NCBI GenBank assembly: GCA_963718615.1
Contig: OY970368.1
Location: 1,952,001 to 2,016,000, forward strand
DNA from: an uncultured cyanobacterium
GTDB lineage: Bacteria > Cyanobacteriota > Cyanobacteriia > PCC-9006 > JAAUQQ01
Reading direction: 5' to 3'
Length of the DNA: 64,000 nucleotides
Shown: piece after piece, positions 39,528-47,599 of the stretch
Layout of the letters: the number at the start of each line of letters is the position of its first letter
Position numbering within the stretch: position 1 is the first letter of the stretch
Made by a program: the position numbers and the translations under genes
Notes under the pieces: generated by a model
The model's database searches: none
Seen by the model: the letters and a program-made list of their open reading frames with translations, nothing else
What the model was told of the DNA's origin: nothing

Positions 39528-40829
39528 CGCAATTGGCACAGAAGGGTCTTACCCAGTTTGCTTTTTCTTTCTCTAATGGCCACAACATACTCATCCCCCA
39601 GCTAAAGGCACTACCCTGATAGTATTCCAGCGCTTTGGTGTAGTTGCTCAAGGAGAGATAGGCAAGGCCCTGATTCGTCAGCACTTTAGCCAGACCATTG
39701 CGATCGCCCACCTCCTCAAAAATGGGCTGCGCCTGCTGATAGTATTCCAGTGCTTTGGCGTAGTTGCTCAAAGAGCCATAGGCAAGCCCCTGATTCCCCA
39801 GCACCTTAGCCAGACCATTGCGATCGCCCATTTCCTCATAAATGGGCTGCGCTTGCTGATAGTATTCCAGTGCCTTGGCGTAGTTGCTCAAAGAGCCATA
39901 GGCAATGCCCTGATTCGTCAGCACGTTAGCCAGACCATTGCGATCGCCCACCTCCTCAAAAATGGGCTGCGCTTGCTGATAGTATTCCAGTGCTTTGGTG
40001 TAGTTGCTCAAGGAGAGATAGGCAACGCCCTGATTCGTCAGCACTTTAGCCAGACCATTGCGATCGCCCACCTCCTCAAAAATGGGCTGCGCTTGCTGAT
40101 AGTATTCCAGTGCTTTGGTGTAGTTGCTCAAAGAGCCATAGGCAAACCCCTGATTCATCAGCACGTTAGCCAGACCATTGCGATCGCCCACCTCCTCAAA
40201 AATGGGCTGCGCCTGCTGATAGTATTCCAGCGCTTTGGCGTAGTTGCTCAAGGAGAGATAGGCAATGCCCTGACTCGTCAGCACGTTAGCCAGACCATTG
40301 CGATCGCCCACCTCCTCAAAAATGGGCTGCGCTTGCTGATAGTATTCCAGCGCTTTGGCGTAGTTGCTCAAGGAGCCATAGTCAATGCCCTGATTCATCA
40401 GCACGTCAGCCAGACCTGGGCGATCGCCCACCTCCTCAAATATTGACTGAGCTTGTTGATAAAGTTTAATCGCTTTGCCATAGTCACTCAGGTAGGAATA
40501 GGCAATACCCTGATTCTTCAGCACATTAGCAAGACCACGATCGTCACCCACTTCTTCAAAAATCACCTGAGCCTGCTTCAAAACCTCCAACGCCTCCCGT
40601 GGCTTCCCCGTTTTCCAGAGCCGCTTCCCCTCCTCCAATAACCGCTCCCCCTCCTCCCGCCGCCGCTCCACCCCAACCTCCGACCCCCCAGTTTCTCCCA
40701 CAACCAAAACCCCCTCCAGCTCCGCCCCAACCACCGGCCCCAACCCCAGCCCCAACATCCCCAACGCCAACGCCAAACCCACCCAAAATCGCATTGCCAT
40801 AGATCAACCCAGAGTTCTTCTATTACATC

Positions 40830-40858
40830 TATACGCATTAGCCCCACCGCCCCATGCA
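40830..40858 (-). promoter_or_regulatory. Cluster promoter motif TGCAT-N18-CGTATA upstream of TPR-CHAT 5
   Basis: Minus strand reads TTCCGGATTGCATGGGGCGGTGGGGCTAATGCGTATAGATGT. Confidence 0.75.
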
Positions 40859-40907
40859 ATCCGGAAACTCCCTAGCCCCAAAATAGCCCAGCCCCCTTAG
40901 GCAAAAT

Positions 40908-40936
40908 GGCATAACTCCCCACCCAGACAACAGATA
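40908..40936 (+). promoter_or_regulatory. Cluster promoter motif variant GGCAT-N18-CAGATA upstream of the subtilase
   Basis: TGGCATAACTCCCCACCCAGACAACAGATAAAT. Confidence 0.45.
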
Positions 40937-40981
40937 AATTCAGGCAACAAATCCATTGAAAAACACAGCCCCCTCAGAACC

Positions 40982-43300
40982 ATGAAAAACCTACCCCTGC
41001 TCACACTCCTCCTCACCAGCATCCTCATCACCACCACCACCCTCCCCATCCTCCACCATCCCCCCCAATCCATCCTCCTCGCCCAAACCCCACCCCAAGA
41101 CCCCCCACCCCAAGATCCCCCACAAGCCCCCAGCGAATTTTCCTATCGCTTCTATGACCAAAACATCCCCCTCACCCTCCACCCCGATCAGATCGCAGTC
41201 GAATTCAAACCCCAACCCCGTGACAGCACTAGGGGCAATACGGGCACTCGGGGCACCGATACCCGCCCCCATTATCTCAAACTCCAAGACACCCTCCAAA
41301 ACACCCTCCAAACCACCGAACCCAGCCCCAGCCGCGCCCCAACTCGTTCCACCGCCCCTCAGATTACCGTACAACCTCTAGGCACCCGCTACGCCCTCAT
41401 CACCTTACCCAAAACCCGCAGCCGCAGCCTAGAAGACCGCCTCACCCAAAGCCTAGAAGCCCCCTACATCACCGGACAGCTCCCGGTCTTTCAACGCCCC
41501 AATCAGCAAACGTCCATCGTCCTCCCCAACGAAATCGTCGTCAGCGTCGAACCCGACCTCTCCCCCAGCCAAACCGCAGCCACCCTCGATCGCTTTGGCC
41601 TCGACATCATTCGCCCCCTGCGCTTTAGCCAAAACAAATACCTCGTCAAATCCCGCAAAGACAGCGGCACCCATATTCTCAGAGTCGCCCAGCAACTCAC
41701 CACCCTGAGCGGCATCCAATCCGCCACCCCCAATTTTGTCCAATCCGTTGCCTACGGCGTCAACCCGCTCAACCTAGACGATGCCCGCTGGCTCAATCCA
41801 GCCCAAAATCCGCCAGACATCGGCCCCGCCAGCGCCATCGACTTTAGCAAACTCACCCCCCGCCAATCCAGCCAATCCGATCAATCCACCGACCCCGCCC
41901 AAAATCCCCTCCTCGCCCTCGCTTGGCACCTCGATAGCCGCCCCCTACAAAAACTGGCCCTACCAAGAACAGATGTTCATGCAACCGAAGCCTGGGAAGC
42001 GGGTCAGCAGGGCCAAGGCACCGTCGTTGCCGTGATCGATAGCCTCATTCAATGGGATCATCCCGACCTAGCCGCCAATCTTTACACCCTGGGGGATGAC
42101 GTGACCGATAAACTCCCCGGTGAAACCCAGGGTTGGGATTTTACGGAAGATGAAGCTGGTGACTGCGATTCGGCAGAAGCCGATGATTGTAGTTTGGGTG
42201 ATCCAGATACCCGCATTAGCGAGACAGAACTGGAGGTTTTGCGATCGCATTTCCAAAACACCTTCGCATTATCCGACGAGGCACTGCTCGCAACCTATGA
42301 GGAATGGGTAGAGAGCCTACGCAGCGAGGATGCTGACCTCTCCGATCGCCAAATAGCCAACCTGATTCGCAATTACATTCGTGACGATATTGCAGGAGAA
42401 TTTCATGGTACCTGGTCTGCGGGGGTGATTGCGGCATCTCCGGCGAGCGCGATCGGAGCGGTGGGCGTTGCCCCCAAGGCAAAAATTTTACCCGTGCGCG
42501 TCTTTGGCCTGGGGGGCAGTATTACATCAGCCGGATTGATTGAGGCGATCGGCTACGCCGCCGAGCGGGGCGCAGATGTGATCAACATGAGCCTCGGCAG
42601 TTTGTTGCCCGATCAAGACCTCACCGATCAAGTGTTCTCTGTCTTAGATAAACATCCCAACTTAGTGATCGTCGCTGCCGCAGGCAATGAAAACCTAGAT
42701 GGCGTCGGTTTTCCAGCAGCGATTCCGGGGGTTGTATCCGTTGGGGCCACAAATCTAGCAGGGCAACGGACGTCTTATAGCAGTTTTGGAGGACAGCTAG
42801 ATGTAGTTGCACCAGGGGGCGATCAGTCACAGCGACCCAGTGGTGGCATTTTGACCACGGGAGGGACGGGCTCAGAGGCTTGGTGGCAGGGGATTGATCC
42901 CCCTAAAACGGCGTGGGGTCCCTCGCTGGATCCACGGGGACAATATGTGCAGGTTCAGGGGACATCGTTTTCTGCACCGACGGTTGCGGGTGTGTTGGCC
43001 TTGATGCGCAGTGCGGATTTGAGCCATGCGTTGAGTCGTCAACAACTGCTTGAAATTTTACAGGAGACGGCCAGTTATAGCAGCCTCAGATTGACCCAGG
43101 CGGATAAGAATCACTATCGGTTGCAGAAAGAGATTGGCTTCGGCACGGTTTTCGCTTTCCCGCTTTCCCGTCCCTCAGGAATTCATGAACGGCCTGAGGC
43201 GATTTCACCAGAGCGGTACTATTTCGGCTGGGGATTGGTGAATGCGGCAGCGGCAGTCGAACAAGTGTTGCAGCGGGGGTCAGGTCGACAGTCCCCATAA
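40982..43300 (+). CDS. Secreted S8 (subtilisin-like) serine protease
   Basis: Signal peptide, long prodomain, VAVIDS (Asp), FHGTWSAG (His), AAAGN, GTSFSAP (Ser). Confidence 0.92.
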   Translation: MKNLPLLTLLLTSILITTTTLPILHHPPQSILLAQTPPQDPPPQDPPQAPSEFSYRFYDQNIPLTLHPDQIAVEFKPQPRDSTRGNTGTRGTDTRPHYLKLQDTLQNTLQTTEPSPSRAPTRSTAPQITVQPLGTRYALITLPKTRSRSLEDRLTQSLEAPYITGQLPVFQRPNQQTSIVLPNEIVVSVEPDLSPSQTAATLDRFGLDIIRPLRFSQNKYLVKSRKDSGTHILRVAQQLTTLSGIQSATPNFVQSVAYGVNPLNLDDARWLNPAQNPPDIGPASAIDFSKLTPRQSSQSDQSTDPAQNPLLALAWHLDSRPLQKLALPRTDVHATEAWEAGQQGQGTVVAVIDSLIQWDHPDLAANLYTLGDDVTDKLPGETQGWDFTEDEAGDCDSAEADDCSLGDPDTRISETELEVLRSHFQNTFALSDEALLATYEEWVESLRSEDADLSDRQIANLIRNYIRDDIAGEFHGTWSAGVIAASPASAIGAVGVAPKAKILPVRVFGLGGSITSAGLIEAIGYAAERGADVINMSLGSLLPDQDLTDQVFSVLDKHPNLVIVAAAGNENLDGVGFPAAIPGVVSVGATNLAGQRTSYSSFGGQLDVVAPGGDQSQRPSGGILTTGGTGSEAWWQGIDPPKTAWGPSLDPRGQYVQVQGTSFSAPTVAGVLALMRSADLSHALSRQQLLEILQETASYSSLRLTQADKNHYRLQKEIGFGTVFAFPLSRPSGIHERPEAISPERYYFGWGLVNAAAAVEQVLQRGSGRQSP

Positions 43301-43321
43301 CACCCTAAAGCAAAGCATCAC

Positions 43322-44509
43322 TCAAGCCCGCGACAACCTCTGCATTGCTTTACCTTGCAATCGCTCATGGGTTTCTGCCAGTAATTGCGGGATCCGGTCT
43401 GCATAGGGACTCTGTTGCAAACAATCGCTCAGATCGTATTGCTCAACCTCTCCCGCTTGCTGCCCCGCAAACCAATGCCCCCCACGGCCCAATAAATTGT
43501 ACCGAGCCTTGCAAAACTCCTCCATGTCGTAGGCCAGGAGCAAATTGCGCAGCCACAAAATCGTGTGAATATTGATATGGCCAGGAACTTCTGATTCCTG
43601 AGGTAAACCCACATCCCAGGTTTGATACCAGGTTTTGCCGAGGATGGCGATCGCCTCCTCCTCCAATCGTTCCAGAATTGGCGGCAAAATCTCATCCGCC
43701 TGATCCAACAGCGCCAGAACCTCCAAATGCCGGTCAAAATCACTCGGCCTAGCAGCCCCTAAACTCAGCGTATGCACCTCAGGATGACTCAAACAAAATA
43801 GATCGTTAAAGACCATCGGATGCAACGGCTGGCATAGTTCAATCAGCTTTTGTGGAGGATTATAGAGATGTCCACCCTTATCGGAGGGACTGATAATAAA
43901 CACCCCCATATCCTGTTGTTTTGCCGCTGCGATCGCAGGCCAATTCGTTTGATTAATGTAGTACCAATGGAGATTGACATAATCAAAACGACCTGAGGCG
44001 ATCGCCTCCACAATCACCTCCGTCGGTGCATGGGTTGAAAAGCCAATATGCTTGACTTTGCCCTCAGCTTTGAGCCGATAGGCTTCATCCAAACAGCCGC
44101 CGGACCGGAGACTCCAGTCCAGAATCTCGCGGGTATTAATCCCATGCAGGGCAAACAAATCAACGTAATCGAGTTGGAGAAGCGATAGGGATGTTTCAAA
44201 ATCTTGGCGGAAGTCACGAGCCTCAGGCGTTGGCGAAACCTTGGTTTGGCAAATCAATTGCGCTCGGGGAAACTGCGGTAGGACAAAGCCAAGCTGCATC
44301 TCCGATGAACCGTAGCCCCGTGCCGTTTCAATGTGAGTAATGCCCAGGTCCCAAGCTTGTCGAATCGTGGCTTCTAAGTTCTTTTGATTGTCATCGGCAA
44401 TCTGGTTGGGACTCACATCTTGCCAAGCCTGCTGATACCGCATTCCCCCACAGGAGAAGACCGGCATCGGCAATTCTGTCCGCCCGAAGCGTCGATAGAG
44501 CATGGTCAT
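43322..44509 (-). CDS. Aldo/keto reductase family protein
   Basis: YRRFGRT...FSCGGMR, HIETARGYG, DYVDLFALHG, HIGFSTH. Confidence 0.9.
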   Translation of the reverse strand: MTMLYRRFGRTELPMPVFSCGGMRYQQAWQDVSPNQIADDNQKNLEATIRQAWDLGITHIETARGYGSSEMQLGFVLPQFPRAQLICQTKVSPTPEARDFRQDFETSLSLLQLDYVDLFALHGINTREILDWSLRSGGCLDEAYRLKAEGKVKHIGFSTHAPTEVIVEAIASGRFDYVNLHWYYINQTNWPAIAAAKQQDMGVFIISPSDKGGHLYNPPQKLIELCQPLHPMVFNDLFCLSHPEVHTLSLGAARPSDFDRHLEVLALLDQADEILPPILERLEEEAIAILGKTWYQTWDVGLPQESEVPGHINIHTILWLRNLLLAYDMEEFCKARYNLLGRGGHWFAGQQAGEVEQYDLSDCLQQSPYADRIPQLLAETHERLQGKAMQRLSRA

Positions 44510-44527
44510 CGTAATTGGAATGCCCCT

Positions 44528-45910
44528 CTATTGTAAGGATTCTAATTCCCGAATCAAACCAAACAATGCCCGCATCCCCATGGCTTCGCCCCCCTCCGGA
44601 CGACCCGGCAGATTGCGCAGATTCCAAGCCATAAAATCGATGTGAATCCAGGGAACCTCGGGCTTAACAAACTCCTGCAAAAAGAGCCCCGCCGTAATTG
44701 CCCCGCCATAGGCCCCGCCAGAAATATTGCAAATATCCGCAACCTTGCTATCGAGCATCGAGCGATAGGGTGCATGTAGCGGCAACTCCCAAAGCGGGTC
44801 ATCCACCGCTAGCCCCGCTGCCTTGAGGGCTGCTGCCGTTTCCGAGCGATTACAGAAAAAGGCCGGTAGCTCCGTTCCCAATGCCACCCGTGCCGCCCCC
44901 GTCAGCGTCGCGCAATTGACCAGCAGTGCTGGGTCCTCGCTGCTGGCTTCCCAGAGCAAATCGCCCAGGACCAACCGGCCTTCGGCATCGGTATTGCCAT
45001 TTTCCACCGTGATACCTTTGCGGGTTGATACCACATCTGAAGGCCGCATGGCATTGCCATCAATGCTATTTTCCACCGCGCCCACCAAAACTCGCAGTTG
45101 GATCGGTAACTGCATCATTGTGATCAGCTTGGCCAATCCCAAGACTTGAGCCGCGCCGCCCATGTCTTTTTTCATCAGCTTCATTCCCGCAGCGGTTTTC
45201 ATATTGAGCCCGCCCGTATCAAAGCAAACCCCTTTGCCCACCAGCGTAATCAGCGGCCCCGAGGTGCCCCAGCGCAGATCAATCACCCGAGGCGGATTTA
45301 CCGAGGCCCGACCGACGGCGTGGACCATGGGATAGTTTTGCGTCAGCAAATCCTCGCCCACAATTACATTGATCTCCATCCCTTGCTCAGTGGCTAGGGC
45401 GCGAGCCGCTGCCTCTAGATCTGCCGGTCCCATGTCATTGACGGGGGTGTTGATCAGATCCCGCACCAAAGCGGTTGCCGTCACGGTTGCTTCGATCAAG
45501 GCTTGATCCGCGTTGCTGGGGGAAATGAGTTCGGGACGGGAATAAGGGCGATCGCCCTTATTCCTATCGCTCTTATTCCGATCCCCCTTATAGCGATCAA
45601 ACTGATACTGCCCCAATCGCCAGCCCATACACAGCCGCGTCGCCAAATCCGCTTCCAGAGGTTCCGTCAGTTGATATTGCCAAGGGGGTAATGACTGGGC
45701 CAAGCCCGCCAGCGACCAAGTGTCCCAGGATGTTGGTCTCCCCACTAAAACCAGGGTGATGCTCCCCCCCGCTAGGGCAGGCAACACACAAAAGCTACCG
45801 GGCTTCGCCGTGAACTGCGCGGCCTCAAACCAAGCCTGATAGTCTCCGTATTGTGCCTGGAGCTGGGATTCTTCAACAAAAATCAGGGAAATCGGAGCAG
45901 ACGAAGCCAT
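44528..45910 (-). CDS. Leucyl aminopeptidase (M17 family)
   Basis: LVGKGVCFDTGG, MKKDMGGAA, NTDAEGRL, ATLTGA. Confidence 0.93.
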   Translation of the reverse strand: MASSAPISLIFVEESQLQAQYGDYQAWFEAAQFTAKPGSFCVLPALAGGSITLVLVGRPTSWDTWSLAGLAQSLPPWQYQLTEPLEADLATRLCMGWRLGQYQFDRYKGDRNKSDRNKGDRPYSRPELISPSNADQALIEATVTATALVRDLINTPVNDMGPADLEAAARALATEQGMEINVIVGEDLLTQNYPMVHAVGRASVNPPRVIDLRWGTSGPLITLVGKGVCFDTGGLNMKTAAGMKLMKKDMGGAAQVLGLAKLITMMQLPIQLRVLVGAVENSIDGNAMRPSDVVSTRKGITVENGNTDAEGRLVLGDLLWEASSEDPALLVNCATLTGAARVALGTELPAFFCNRSETAAALKAAGLAVDDPLWELPLHAPYRSMLDSKVADICNISGGAYGGAITAGLFLQEFVKPEVPWIHIDFMAWNLRNLPGRPEGGEAMGMRALFGLIRELESLQ

Positions 45911-46045
45911 AAATTGTGCCAATCTTGAACGAACGCAAGTCAACCGCTGCCTAGTATAGCCCGAGACTCTGCTTCCCCATGCCCACAGAGCGAGGCTGAA
46001 GGGGTAAGATGCAAGCGTGTCCCACTAGAGCTGGCTAGGGAAGAA

Positions 46046-47599
46046 ATGCGCGCGATCGATCAAATTGTCGTCACCGCCGGACAAATGCGGTCCATTGAGA
46101 GCCGAATCTTTGAGGCAGGGATGCCTGTTGCGGCGCTGATGGAAAAGGTCGCGGGCCTAGTTGCTAGGCGAATTCAACAGCTGTATCCCGTTGCCACCGC
46201 GCCCCGTGTGGGGGTGCTGGTGGGTCCTGGCCACAATGGGGCAGATGCCCTGGTGATTGCACGGGAGTTGATGTTTCGAGGATACCAGGTGGCGGTTTGG
46301 TCGCCCCTGCAAAAGCAGAAAGAACTGACGGCGAACCATGCCCACTATCTCAAAAGTTTGAATGTTCGCTGGATTGATCAAATAGCTGAATTTAATCCAC
46401 CGGATATGTGGATCGATGGGCTCTTTGGCTTTGGCTTAGAAAAACCGGTGACGGGAAAAGTCGCGGGGGGCATTGATTGGGTGAACCAGAGCGATCGCCC
46501 CATTCTCAGCATCGATCTGCCCTCCGGGTTGCACACGGATACCGGCGTGGTCCTGGGCACAGCCATTCGAGCCACCCGCACCTTTTGCTTGGGCCTCTGG
46601 AAACTGGGGCTGATTCAGGATCCGGCCTTAGATCTGGTGGGTGAGCTAGAACTGATTGATTTTGATATTCCAGAGGCGGATATTGAGGCGGTGCTGGGCG
46701 AAACGCCAGCGGTCCGGCGGATTACGGGGGCGATCGCCCAGGCGGCTCTGCCCTGGCCTCTGTCTCGCGCCACTCACAAATATCGCCGAGGCCACATGTT
46801 GCTGATTGCCGGGTCCCACCGTTACCGGGGGGCAGTGATTCTGGCGGCGATGGGGGCGCGGGCCAGTGGCGTGGGGATGTTGTCGATCGCGGTGCCTGAG
46901 TCCATGGTGACGGAAGTCGCGGCGCAGTTACCGGAAGCCCTGATTATTGGCTGTCCGGAGACGGAGAATGGGGCGATCGAAATTTTGCCCGATGCGGTCA
47001 ATCCCGATAGCTTTAATGCGGTGGCCTGTGGACCGGGCTTGAGTTTAGAATCGGGAGCTGTGCTGGATCAGGTGCTCAAAACCCAGCGGCCCTTGGTCTT
47101 AGATGCGGATGGCTTGAATTTGCTGGCGCGGCGCAAAGCGGTCAAAACCCTGCGGATCCGCCAGAAAAATGGCTTTGGTTCGCCGTTGACGGTCCTGACG
47201 CCCCATCCCGGTGAGTTTGAGCGGCTGTTCCCCGATGAAGTTGAAACCGGTGCCCCGGCCTATTCCCTCGCCCGCAAGGTGGCCGAGATGACCGGCGTGG
47301 TAATCGCCCTCAAGGGGGGATGCATGGTGGTAGCGCGGCCCAAGGGACCGTCCTGGATTAATCCGGAGAGTACCCCTGCCCTGGCACGGGGGGGGAGTGG
47401 CGATGTCTTGACCGGGCTGATGACGGGGTTGATGGCGATCGCCGCCGCCCAAATGAAAGATCCTGAAGCCGTGATCAAAACCGCCGTTTGGTGGCATGCC
47501 CAGGCTGGGCGATATGCGGCCCGACAGCGCACAATATTAGGGGTTGATGCCTGGACGTTGAGCCAGTCGCTGATTCCTGCCCTTGCCGAATTGATATGA
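46046..47599 (+). CDS. nnr: Bifunctional NAD(P)H-hydrate epimerase/dehydratase
   Basis: GPGHNGAD, DGLFGFG, SIDLPSG, HKYRRG, VLDADGL, TPHPGEF, ARGGSGDVLTG. Confidence 0.93.
   Translation: MRAIDQIVVTAGQMRSIESRIFEAGMPVAALMEKVAGLVARRIQQLYPVATAPRVGVLVGPGHNGADALVIARELMFRGYQVAVWSPLQKQKELTANHAHYLKSLNVRWIDQIAEFNPPDMWIDGLFGFGLEKPVTGKVAGGIDWVNQSDRPILSIDLPSGLHTDTGVVLGTAIRATRTFCLGLWKLGLIQDPALDLVGELELIDFDIPEADIEAVLGETPAVRRITGAIAQAALPWPLSRATHKYRRGHMLLIAGSHRYRGAVILAAMGARASGVGMLSIAVPESMVTEVAAQLPEALIIGCPETENGAIEILPDAVNPDSFNAVACGPGLSLESGAVLDQVLKTQRPLVLDADGLNLLARRKAVKTLRIRQKNGFGSPLTVLTPHPGEFERLFPDEVETGAPAYSLARKVAEMTGVVIALKGGCMVVARPKGPSWINPESTPALARGGSGDVLTGLMTGLMAIAAAQMKDPEAVIKTAVWWHAQAGRYAARQRTILGVDAWTLSQSLIPALAELI

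Larger units (their letters stand above)
38757..39615 (-). mobile_element. IS1-family insertion sequence, 859 bp, with 8-bp target duplication CTGATAGT
   Basis: Imperfect terminal IRs GGTAGTCCAATTATGTGGGTGCTG / GGTAGTGCCTTTAGCTGGGGGATG (17/24 match); TSD at 38749-38756 and 39616-39623; insA/insB ORFs. Confidence 0.95.
38225..40480. repeat. Array of ~120-bp near-identical TPR units (interrupted by IS1), each containing a HIP1 site
   Basis: AGCCAGACCATTGCGATCGCCCACCTCCTCAAAAATGGGCTGCGC recurs at 120-bp period. Confidence 0.92.
36523..40800 (-). pseudogene. TPR-CHAT protease 5 interrupted by an IS1-family element (5' part 39616-40800, 3' part 36523-38756)
   Basis: The same 40-aa TPR repeat lies on both sides of the IS. 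Signal peptide MAMRFWVGLALALG. CHAT motifs HLATHG and VLSACETG are intact in the 3' part. Confidence 0.92.

Noticed and set aside
38225-40480. 120-bp periodic repeats as a CRISPR array
   Set aside because: The units are in-frame TPR-coding sequence without unique spacers, and there are no cas genes in the window.
5523-43300. Cluster as a Craspase/type III CRISPR accessory locus or as an integrative element or prophage
   Set aside because: No Cas7-11, Cas10 or SAVED/CARF genes, and no integrase, tRNA, att repeats or phage genes seen. HIP1 density is host-like.
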